Assembly (NCBI RefSeq): GCF_018977255.1
Contig: NW_024704742.1
Span: 73,224,001-73,288,000 of the forward strand
Direction of reading: 5' to 3'
From: Callorhinchus milii
Lineage: Eukaryota
DNA length: 64,000 nucleotides
How positions within the stretch are numbered: the stretch's first letter is position 1; each line of letters starts with the position of its first letter. The position numbers were made by a program, and so were the translations under genes. Positions 14,301 through 27,236 of this stretch are shown piece by piece. The notes under the pieces are model-generated. The model did no database searches, had not been told where the DNA came from, and worked only from the letters and a program-made list of their open reading frames with translations.

Positions 14301-17300
14301 TCTATCTCTCTGCCTTCACCCTCAATTCCAGGACCACTGTTCTTTTGACCAACTGCCTGTCGGATATTAAGTGCTGGATGAGAGCCAACTTTCTCTAACT
14401 GAATGTTGACAAGACGGAGGCTCTCCTGCTTGGCTCCTGTTAGGATTTTCTCATCTCAGGTGTTGACAGCATTAATCTACACTGATGTACACTCCACATC
14501 ATGGAGCCAGTGTAGAACCTTGGTGTCTTGTTCGATTCTCAACTGACCTTTAAACCTCACATCCATGACCCATTCAACTTTCCCCCACCTCCGCAATACT
14601 GGCTGCCTCCACTAATAACTCTCCCCTCAAGCTGCCAAGACCCTATCCATGGATTCATCATGTCCAGCCTGGACCACTGCAACTCTCTGCTCACTGAACC
14701 TCCCAACTATTCCCTTCACATGCAGAACTCTGCAGTTCATGTCCTCTCCTGCACTAGGCTCCGCAAGCAAACAATTCTCACCCAGCTCCACCGGCTCCCT
14801 AACCCCACAGGAGTGGAGTTCAAGATCCTCATCCTCACTTTTAAATCCCTCCATGGTCTTGCTCCACCTTGTCTCTACAGCCTTCTTAAACCTTACCATC
14901 CTGCTCATTCCATCAGTTCGGCAGACACTAGCCTGTTTCATGTATAATAAAGTACGCCTAGACTATGAGCTCAAAATCTCAATGTGGGACCTGAACCCAT
15001 AACCTCTGACTTAGAGGCAAGAGTACTATCATTTGAGCCAGGCTGAGACCCAAAGTTTTCAATTAAATATCAAAACACTTCACAAAATTACAATGTTCTG
15101 AATTACATATTAAAATTAAGTATTAAATTCCTTACCGACTGTATTTATTTCCAGAGAGGCAATAGATATCTCTGCTCCAATCAATCCAAACAATAATGGT
15201 TGGAAAATGGACCAGGCAATACCAGTTAAACCTTCAATTTCGCTCTAAACCAAAAAACAAATATTCTAAATGAGAAGAGGAAACAGCACCACCTTGTGAC
15301 ATTAATATTTATTATTCATGCCTACAACAGGAAAGCATGGAGAGAAAACATCATTAGGCCTACCAAGCTTACTGCTTCCACAAACTATGCAGAGTTTACC
15401 TAGCAAAGGCTTTAATTCACAGGATGGTAACCATCAATGCCCCATGAGGTTCATTACTTTAGTCACTGACATGTTCCAAAACAGATATTTATCCAGCTAT
15501 TTCTGAAGAAATTAACAGACATAGCATCAGCCACTTTTTCTGAGAGTTTGTCCACATATCCACTACAAAAGATGTGTATTTCTAATCTCCTATTGCACTT
15601 GAAGCTGGTGAATTTTGTACTGCACCCTCTAGTTCTGAAATCAAATTCAAGTGAAATAGATGAGTGTCAGAAAGTTAGGCTCTCTAATGTGTATCACAGT
15701 TGAGCCAGACTATGTCTATACTGATGAATTTTCCAAAAAGGTCACTGAATAGTGATTAGGAGCAGAAAGCCTGATTTTACTCCTCTCCTAACATTCCAAG
15801 TATTCAGTACTGAGACCAAACTTAGCCCCTGTACTGCTGCTGTGGCTGAAGTTAGCTAATTTGGCAGACAAGAGAATTTTCCAGTTTCATTTGCCTCAAG
15901 GTTTACACTGGACAATGCCGATACAAACTGAATCAATAGTTGTATTTGAATTATCTTCTAATCACATCCATTTGATCTGCAACAGCAACAATATGTATTT
16001 ATATTGCATATTTTATATAGGGTAACATCTTGGGGCACTGTACAAAGACAGGATTGAACCCCAAACAAACAAGGAAGGGAGGTAGCTACAGGTGCAGTCA
16101 AATAGGTCGTTTTTTAAGGTGTGTCTTAAAGATAGATTGGGGGAGGGCAATACAGTGGGCTAGAGGGAGGGGAGTGCACAGGAAGCCCAATTTTGGTGAG
16201 GGAGGTTGGGGGAGGAAGGTAAGCAAAGGAGTGGGTAGAAGAAGATCAAGAACTAACATTTTCCATTTTTTGGGGGCCGTTCACATCAGGAGGATGTCTC
16301 AAGGCGTTGAACAATTAGTGTTTCGGACCCGAGCTGGGGGTCGGTATCGGGGAAGGTGGAGAGCAGGTGGGGAAGGACGGTGACCGAAGGCACAGTTGAA
16401 GAGGAGGGTCTTGAGATGGGTCTTGAAGGAAGGAAGGGTTAAGGTTAGGGTTAGGGAAGAGAGGGGACAAGGCAGAGGGACTGCAGAATCGAGTTCCAGA
16501 GGATGGGGGCAGGGTGGCTGAAGGCCCCCCCGCCAATGAAGATCAGAGAGATAAGGAAATAATAGAGAATGAAAGGAATTATAGACGAGTGTAAGGACCT
16601 GGAAATTAATCCGATGAGAGCCCAATGGGAACCTGGGGTGTTGGGCGTGCAGAGTTTGGTGTGGATGTGGTCAGCAGAGGTTTGGATTAGCTGAAGTTTA
16701 TGGATGGTAGATATGGGGAGACCAGCAAGGAGTGGATTAGGAAAGTCTAAGCAGGAGGTAATGAATAAAGGTTTTGACATTTTGTGTGAGATAGGGGTGA
16801 AGGCAGGCAATGTGGCCAAGGTTAAGGAAAGCTGTCTTGGTCAGAGACCAGGAGAAAGGAGAACTGAGGATCCGAGGTTGCACATTGGTTCAGCCAAATC
16901 CAAACTGATCTTCCCATTCTTTGCACAGGTTTTGATAGTTATTTTAATAAAGGATTAAACTGATTTTGTGAGGTTTCAAAAATAAATTTCAACATTTGTC
17001 TTATTGGATTAATATCCTACCTTGCCATCAACCCATCCGTTCCCAGCAAGAAATGCAATGACAATGGTACACAGTCCACCAGAACCAGGGAAGCCAAATA
17101 CAGTCGCTGCAAAAATAGCAAACACGCACAGACCCAGCACGAGGTAGAAACGTTTCATCAGAAGATTATCCTGGAAATGGAAAAATAAATTACATAGAAA
17201 TACAAGGAACAATACAGCATGGAAATAGCCCATTCAGCTCAATTAATCCATACCAGTGTTTATACTCCACTTAAGAGTCCACCGCTCCTACCCTCTTCTC

Positions 17301-20300
17301 CCAGACCCTTCTATTCCTTTCTCTTTCATATATGCATTCAGTTTCCTCTTACTTTTTTTGGGTCAGCCAGTATCTGAAACCTGTGGAAACCATCATACTT
17401 AAGAATATCAACAACTTCAACAACTTGCATTTATATAGTGCACTTCAGGCAATGCATTCTAGACCATTACAATTCTCTATGTAAAAAAAATTCTCCTCAT
17501 CTGCCCTCTGGTTCTGTTGCCAATTATCTTACACCTATGCGCTCTGGTTACTGACCCACTGGCAGTGGAAACAGTTTCTCCCTCTCTATCCTATCAAAAT
17601 CCCTCATCATTTTGAACACCTCTATTAAATCTCTCATTAATCTTCTCTGCTCTAAGGAGAACAATCCCATCTTCTCTAGTCTCTCCACATAATTAAAGTC
17701 CCTCATCCCTGGTACCATTCTGGTTAATCTACTCTGTACCCTCTCCAGGGCCTTGACATCCTTCCTAAAGTGTGGCGCCCAGAACTGGACACAATACTCC
17801 AGGTGAGGCCTAACCAATAACTTATAAGGGTTTAGTAAAACTTCCTCGCTTTTGTACTCAATGCCTCTGTATATAAAGCCGAGGATCCCATATGCGTTTT
17901 TAATAGCTCTATCAACCTGTCCTGCTACCTTCAAATACCTGTGTATGTGAACTCCCAGGTCTCTCTGATCCTGTACCCCCTTTAAATCTGCATTGTATAT
18001 TGCCTCTCCTCATTCTTCCTCCTCACACTTCTCTGCATTAAACTGCATGTGTCTGCTCATTTCACCAATCTCTCTATATCCTTCTATAGTCTGCTACCAT
18101 CCTCCTCACTGTTTACTACATTCCCAAGTTTTGTATCATCTGCAAACTTTAAAATTTTGCTCTTTATACCCAAGACCAAGTTATTCACATATATCAAAAA
18201 GTGCAGTGGACCTAATGTATACCTCACTGTATACTTCCTTCCAGGCTGGAAAACAACCCTTCACCACTACCCTCTGCTTTCTGTCTCCTGGCCAATTTCG
18301 TATTCATGCTGCCACTGTCCCCTTTATCCCATGGGCTTCAATTTTGCTAACTAGTCTATTATCTGGTACCTTGTCAAGCCCCTTCTGAAAGTCCATGTAA
18401 ACTACATCAACTATATTATCTTCATCAATCGTCTCCTTTATTTCATTAAAGAACTCAATTAAGTCTGTCAGACACAATTTGCCTTTAACAAATCCATGTT
18501 GACTGTCATTAATTAACTTATCTTTTTCTAAGTCAAAAACAATGTTGTCCCAGATTATGGTCTGTGGAAGTTTCCCAACCACTGACAGCTGACAGGTCTG
18601 TAGTTACCAGTTTTATCCCTCTCCCCTTTTTTTGAACAGGGGTGTAACATTTGCAACCCAAATCAATCCCACTCCCCCACTCTCTCCCCATAGCCCTGCA
18701 AACTTGTCCTCCCCAATATTCAATGTGACTGACCTCTTCCCTCCAACCCCACCCCCAATCGTGGCCTCCTATTGGACCAACATTCTTTAAAGCAGATACA
18801 TGGAAAACCGATGATTTTACTGTTCAGCACTTCCATTCAACGGTGACATAAACAACTGGGCACAGGAATCATAGGAAAATTAGAAGAACAGTAGGAAACC
18901 ATTCAAGCCTGTTCCACCAGTTTATTAGATGTCAGTAGGTCCCAATCTCAATGCCCAGTCCTTTCGCTGTATTCTTTGTGCCCTCTACCACCCAACTATT
19001 TGTTTATCTCTCTTTTAAAGCGCTTTGAGATGTCTCGAAGACATGATAAAGCGCTATATCAAATGGAAAGATTATTATTAAACGTCCTTATCAAATCCTC
19101 CTCTAAAGTTTGTCTGGGTAGAGCATTCCATATCTTCCAAGGAGCAGTTCTGTAAATCTTAAAGTTTTAGAAAGAAAAGCAAAACAAAAAAGGCGCTCAG
19201 TAAGTGCCTCTTACCTGGTCCTTGCTTGGAATATATCGAAGAATAAAACCAATAATAGCTCCTATCACCATTCCAAGAATAACTTCAAGGAATCCCCTGA
19301 TTATATTTGTAACCATAGATCCTTTAGAAAAAGGAAATAACATAATTAATTTCTTTGCAGACAGCATTTCATGGTTGTTTGCGGGATATTGCAATTTGCA
19401 AATTCACTGGCATGTCCACTTACAAAATACACAGTCACTACACTTGAGCAGTAAAGTGCTTTCAGACATCCACCTGAAATAAAAGTAAAAGACTCTATAT
19501 CACATGTAAGGATTACTGATATAGTTTTGTGAATGACAGAACATACATGAATGGTGAGCAACAGCAGCGATAACCAAAGTCGACTCAGCAGTAGGTTCCA
19601 TGGAGTAGATGACAAGAGAGGCAGGATCAAGAAAATTCACTTACTTTTTTCTGCACAATGTACAATATATAGACACACTTCCTGCTCTAGTGTGGTTTTT
19701 TGATCTTCATTAGTAATTTTTAAAAACATTTGTTATACACCTGAATAGTGATTTGCCCTCACAAGGTTGGGTTCCAAGAGCAAGCGAGTAATGTTACAAT
19801 TGTACAAGACATTGGTTCAGAAGCAGTTGGAGTTTGCATTCAGTTTTAGGCAATTTATAGAAAGACATGGAGAGGGTCTAGCGGAGATACATTAGGATGA
19901 TACCCAGGATGATATTAAGTATCCTTGCATTTGATAAAGTGCATTATCATATCATCAAAGTGCTTCACAGGATTTAATGTAAAAAGTAGTGACTGTATTA
20001 GTAGGCATATAAAAGGTTATAGGATTGTTGAGAGGTCAGAGTAGTTGGTACCATCTTTGTCAGAGGAGAGAAAGTTAGAGATAATCTAATAGAGGCTTTT
20101 TAAAAATTATGATTGGTTTTATTAGTATATCTATGTTTACAAAATATATAAATTGGTTATTTTCAATCCACGACTGTCTGTGGGACAATTGGCTGCCGCG
20201 TTCGCCCACAACTATACAGTCAATTCACTTTACAGTGTGTTCTGTGAAGCGCTTTGTGACGTCTGGAAGACGTGAAAAGCGCTATATCAAATGCAAGGAT

Positions 20301-23300
20301 TATTATTATTGTTATAAATATTAAATAGAGATATACTATTTACTATGCGATATTTACTGAATACCAAATCAACACCATGGGGGGTGGATTGACATTAACT
20401 TATTGCAGTGTTTGCAATTGCCAATACAAAAATAAAAAAAAGAGAGATATCAGGAAAAACAGAGCTGTATCAGGATACACACAGAATTAAAAGGGCCAAC
20501 TTCCAGTAGATAAAGTCACCACAGAGGTCACATGTGCACGATGCTCTAATGTCACTGCCTATTCTTTTACAGCCTCAACAAATACAGCTCTTTGTTTGGA
20601 TATTGGTACTTTTCTCATCCTCCCATTTCATAGCCATTTAAGATCAGGCAAAACAGAAGCATTGCCATGGATACATTTTGATAGTCCACGGGAAAAGGCA
20701 AAGCACAACTAAGAGTGTTAATAGTCATAAATCTTCCATTTCTTATTGAGAGCACAATGACTGAATGGTCATATTGCTATGGAGTCGACCAACAGTGCAA
20801 CAAGAATGTCCACATCTGGAAAAAAATTATTAATGCAGTTACTTTGGTGAAGTGTTCTATGAAATGCAGACAAAAATAGTGAGTGAAGAATCTGCTCAAT
20901 TTATTGTTTTTATAAGCAAAACAATAATATAATAATAATAATCCTTGCACTTGATATAGTGCTTTTCATGTCTTCTAGACGTCTCAAAACGTTTCACAGA
21001 ATATAATTAAAGTGAATTGACTGTATATTTGTGGGTGAAATGCGGCAGCCAATTGCGCACAGCAGTGTCCCACAAACAGTCGTGGATTGAAGCGACCAAT
21101 TTATTATTGTTTTTTTTTCTTGAGGGTTTATTATTAGGCATGTGGAGTAAGGAAACTTGCCCAAGGTTTTACCCTGCTGGGAATCGAACCCAGGTTACTC
21201 GCTTGAGAGGCAAGTGGTCTAACCACTGAGCTACAGGACTCAACGACAGATGACAAAGTGGAAGGGAATATCCACCAAACTAGAGAAAAAAAAAGGTATA
21301 AAAACCTATATTTGAAAAGCTGATGTAGCCTCAAGAAAAAGGTTGGAAATGCTGCTGCTGCCAACTTTATTGTAGGAAAACACACACATTATTTTTAGGT
21401 TCAGCTATCTTGATTAAAATCCTATTTTGATTCAACAGCAGTTATGTTCTACAAAGATTCTCGCTAATGATTCGCTTACAAGCTAACTATAAATTATAAC
21501 TCAGATGATGAAATAACAATAATAATAAACTTTACATTTGGTATAGCACCTTTCATGATAGGAGGATGGTACAAATCGCTTCATAGGATATACTGTAAAC
21601 TGCAGTGTTTTGAGGGCGAATGCGACAGCCAATTAGCACACAGCAATGTTGCACAAATGGCCATGAAGTGGGTGACCAATTTTATTCAGTGGCAGTTTTA
21701 GCCAGGACACTGCCTTCTCTTTTCAAATAGTTCCATAGAATATTTAACATCTACCTAAACAGACAAACGGGGCCCGGTTTTACATCTCATTTGAAAAACA
21801 GCAGCATATCCCCAGCATTGATTTGGAGTGTCATTATAGACTATATGAGTTCCAAGTCCCAATGTGGGGCTTGAACCCACAACCTTCTGACTCAGAGAGG
21901 AAGTTGTACCAACTAAGCCAGGCTGACAACCTACAGCATCTACAGCCTGGAGATACTACAACATACCTGAAGAGAAGGCTATCCCAAGACATGTATTGAA
22001 GCCTGTAATAGCCAGGATATCATCAAAGCTGCCTGCAGCCATAAGTAGTGTTGGGATTCCCTTATCAACACCAAACCCTTCCTCCTGGAGTATCAGCATG
22101 CTGGGTACCACAACAGCAGGTGAAACTGCAGCAAGTACAAACCTGAGAATAGGGAAATCACAATCAGAGTGACAAAGAACAAATACACAGAAAATACACA
22201 AATGGACAGTTTATACAATAGTACAAATTTATATTTATATAATTTCATGTCAGGAGGAGCATTCCAAGATGCTTGACAGTCCTGGCTTGGCACTCGAGCT
22301 GAGGGTGGGAGCAAGAGTGAGTGGGATGAATGATGACTGAAAGCGCGGTCAAAGAGGTTGGTCTTGAGGAAGATCTTGAAAGAAGAACAACAATAACTTG
22401 CACTTATATAGCGCCCTCCACCCAGGGCAGCGTTTCAGAGCGCTTATCAGTGGCGGAGCCTGACTCCGAGAAGGGGGGAGGGGGGAGGTGGCCATAAGCA
22501 CAGTTGAACAGGAAAGTTTTTAGGCAGGAATTGAAAGAGGGGATAGACGGGCAAGATGGAGGGATTGAGGGAGAGTGTTCTACAGTGTGGGGCGGAATGA
22601 GCGAGGGACGAGCATGAGGCCAGAGCCAGTCGAGCGGAGGCACCAGATGGTGGATTGGGGAGTGAGGTCAGAGAGTGAATGAATTTGAACACGAGTGTGA
22701 GGTTCTTGAAGTTGATCCATTCGGTGATGGGGAGCCAGTGGAGCCTGGCCAGAACTGGCCACAGAAAGAGGTGAGGAAGAGGGTGAGTCAGTGGAACTCT
22801 GTGAAGTTGTTCCAGAGAGTGGGGGCAGAAGGGCTGAAAACCCAACCACCAATGGTGGGGTGAGTAGGGCTGGAGACATGAAGCAGGCTGAGCCCGCTGA
22901 GCAAAGGGAGCAGCCGGGTTGGTATGGTTTGAGGAGGTTAATGAGGTAGGGTGAGGGAGATCATGGAGAGATTTGAAATTAAGATGGGGAGCCAATGGAA
23001 GCCAGATGAGAATCGGAGTAAATAGGCTCCAGAGCCAAGTGTGGGAAAGGACACAGGATGCAGATTTCTGGTTAGATTGCAGCTTGTGTAGGAAGAAGTT
23101 GGGCCATATAGCAAGCAGAGCATTGGGGCAATCAAACCTGGAGGTGGTAAATGTTGTTTAGCGTCTCACTAACCCTAGGGAAAAGGTAGAGGCGGAGGTG
23201 TGCAATATTATGGAGGTGGAGAAAAGAGTGGATCAGAGCACGGTTGTGAGATTGAAAGCAGTTTGGAGTTATAATCACACTTGCAGACTAATGCAATAAG

Positions 23301-26300
23301 GGAAATAAACAACATTACTGTAACAACACTCAGAAGTTTTGGATTTGGTTTTAGTAAGCACTGTCAGGATTTATGGCACAAATACATTGAGTCAATGGCA
23401 GCTTCCTTTGATGCACTATTACATCCAGTACAGTTGAACATTTATCTCAATGAATGTAAACTTTACATCTTTATTAGAACTATTACATTTAGTATGTTTG
23501 CCTCAATCTCAGAGACTAAACAAGTATAACTCACTATAGACCAAGAGAACTTGATTTTAAGAGGCCACATCAACTGTATCAGATGTCAGCTTGGCTTAGT
23601 TGATACTCTCACCTCATGAAGGCCATGCATTCAGGATATCAGGATGGTTCTCATAGTCCAGACTGAAACTTCAGCAGTATTGAGGGAGCACCACATTTCC
23701 AGTGGTAATGATCAGATGAGACAATAAATTGAGGTCTCCAAGTGGACATTAAAGTTACCATGACACTATTTTAAAATAATATTAATAATACTTCCATTTG
23801 ATATAGAGTCTTATCACATCATTCAGACGTCTCAAAGCACTTCACAGAATATACTGTAAAGTGAATTGACTGTATATTTTGTGGGTGAAACACGGCAGCC
23901 AATTGTGCACAGCAGTGTCTCATAAACCGTTGTGGATTGAGTGACCAAAATTATTATTTATTTGGAAGGATTATTACTACCAGAAAGCGATCCACCAATC
24001 AACTAATAACCAGGTTCCTACTTACAGCTAGGTAAACAGAAGTGTGTGGAGCAAGGAACTTGACCAACGTTTCGCCCTGCTGGGAATCAAACCTGGGTCC
24101 CCTCGCTTGCGAGGTGAATTTTCTAAACAATATGCTACAGGACTCCACTTTAAAATCATTATACGAACCACAAAAACACAGCCAAATTCTGAGTTATCAG
24201 GCTACCTAAATATTACAAAAATAAATTAATGAAATTATTTTAGCCCTCTTCGTCATTTAATCTAAATGCTTCTTTTATTTGAATACATTGTTATATATAA
24301 AATGTTATGAAATAATTAGTATTTCTGATTCCTGGTGACTTTTGGGTAAAAATTATCATTTCTGTTGTTTCATTGCAGGCACTTACCCCAGGATGAAACC
24401 CCATGACCATGGCATCTGCAAGAGAAAATGTGCAAGAACACAAACTGCACAAGTTTCTACGATGCAAGGGCCAAACGCCAACCTGATGCACACAGCCTTC
24501 AACTTCATTAAAGCCTAGAGATAAAAATACATGTTAACACAGAAACAGAATTCACTCCCAACTGTGCCAAAATTAAACAATTAGAATATTAAATAATCAA
24601 ATTCTAACAGAAAATTGGCTAACAACTTTCACCGGCAAATGAGAACGAGTGAAGGCCAAATGAGAACGAGTGTACGGCAGATACAAACCAAGGGTCAGAA
24701 GGCAACATAAAGCACAGCAAAGCTGTTTATCAACATTTTGTAAACCCCATGGGAGGTTAGATTCTTGAAACAAATCCATGTCATACACCTTACCTTCGGG
24801 TCTAGCCCAAGTCCAGCTCGGGTGAGGATAACAGCAAGGGCTATACTCCTCAAGGCCGATGACCACTTCTGGTCAATGTAGACAGCTTCACTGACAACAG
24901 GGATATTTCGTAGAAGAAAACCAGCTAGCAACATTCCTAAATTAGAAGTGGAAGAAAAACAATTCAGGTATGAATACATTTTGGGAAGATAAAGCATTGT
25001 GGCATGGAAAAACATTTTGCTTAGAAAAAGAAAAGACAAACAAAAATCTCTGCAACTGGACTTCTCAACATCTTTAATGGAGACGGAAAGATATGGAAAA
25101 GACAATAGAGCTGAAATCCCACCTTATTTAAACCAGTAGGATCGTACTGTCTTAAAATTCTTACTCACCAGAATTGTGAATATAAATTTTAAGACAGTAC
25201 AATCTTACAGGTTCAAATAAGGTGGAAAATTCTTAAATTCAGCTTTAATTTGGAACTTTTGAAAAAAACACTGAGGAAAACTAGCTTGAAAATTAAGACT
25301 AATTTAAGATTTTTTCACAATTCTGTGTGTTCTTAAATTTTTTGACAAAATGATCTTAAGGACTAACAATAGATTAATTTTTCAGCCTAAGAATAATAAG
25401 ATTCGCCCACAAAATATGTAGTCAATTAACTTTACAGTATATTCTATGAACCGCTTTGAGACGTCTTGAAGACGTGATAAGGCGCCATATCAAATGCAGG
25501 GATTATTATTATTAATAAAGGAAATCTCTACGGTTTAAATAATTAGCCCTCTTGTAGGTTCTAACCTCTACCATGGATTCTAATAGATATCTATGTTATG
25601 AAAAGCATACTCAAATTATACTTTTCACTGTTCACTACAAAATTACTAGTCACTGGTAGATTTATTAGGATGGTTACTAGTGATCAGTCGATACCACTGT
25701 CAAGAAAGATTGTAAAGATTAGGGCTTTTCGCTCTAGAGACAATTGAAGGGAACCTGAAAGAGATGTTTACAATTATGAAAGGATTAGATAAGGTGGACG
25801 CTAAAAGACTGCTTCCATTTGCTCGTGAGTCTAAACCAAGGTGCATAAAAATAAAAACAACAAATTTACATTTATATAATGCCTTTCATGGCAGGAAAAC
25901 ACCCCATAAAGATAAGATAGCCAGCAGCTGATTTAAAAGGGAGTCAAGGAGGAACGTCCTTTTTCAGAGGGTGGTGGGAATGTGCATTCCCTGCCAGAAG
26001 CTGTGATTGAAGCACAAAGCATTGACATATTACAAATGAAACTTCAGGCATATATGAGGGATGAAGGCATAGAGGGGTATGGGATTAGGCTTATGTGGAA
26101 TATAAACACCAAAGCAAGACTACAACAACAAAATTACATTTATAAAGCGCCTTTCACGACAGGAGGACATGCCAATGCACTGAACAGTCAGGGATTAAAT
26201 TTCCCCCCACTCCCCGAGTGGGCTACCCAGTTTTTGTGAAACCTTAATTTTTTTTCCAACAATCTACTAGTGTTATTTCTTGTTTAGTTTTTATCAACAA

Positions 26301-27204
26301 AGTGAGAAAATGTAGATTGGCAGTAAAATGTACCTTTCAATGGCACCAATCAAACCCCCGCGATTTTCGGGGAAATTTGGCAAACTTCCTCTCAATTTTT
26401 GGGAAACATTTCCGCAATTTTCTATTGGCCCTGGTTATAATGTAGATGGTCCTGATACATGAGGATTCTAGGTGCCCTTTTCTATTTTTCAAAGACTTAT
26501 TACCAGAAGGTCGACTGGCCTCTTCCTGTGTTCCTTACCAAGAAGAGGAGGTAATGGAGGCAAATTAGGGAATTTGATCAGTCCAACGATTTTCCCTCCA
26601 ACAACTGCACTCACAAACAGAATCAGATTTCCAAACAAATTGCCACCGGGTAGGCATTCGGAACCAGTGATTGACCAGACAGTAGCCCACAGAAGAACCA
26701 CCATAACAACTGCAAAAGAATAATATAACAGTTTAGTATAAGTATCCAAGGACAGTGTATGTGTCCTTAAGCCTTCTGAATTCCAAGCTAAGCAAAGCCA
26801 TTCCCAAGCCATTTCCTGCTCCCATTATTCCGACGCTTCGCCTCTCATATGAAATTCCAACATTTAGAGCACTCGCTTCACAAGCGAGAGGACCTGGGTT
26901 CGATTCCCAGGAAGGGTGAAATGTTGGGCAAGTTTCCTTACTCCACACACATGGCTCTGTTTACTTAGCAGTAAGTAGGAACCCGGTTGTTAGTCGATTG
27001 ACGGATCATTGTTCCGGGAGTATTAATCCCTTCAAAAAAAAATAATAATTTGGTCACTCAATCCATGGCTGTTTGTGGGACGCTGCTGTGCGCAATTGGC
27101 TGCTGCTTCACCCACAAAATATACAGTCACTACAAAATTTACAGTAAATTCTGTGAAGCGCTTTGAGACACCTTGAAGACGCGATAAGGCTCTATATCAA
27201 ATGC

Positions 27205-27236
<32 letters not shown>

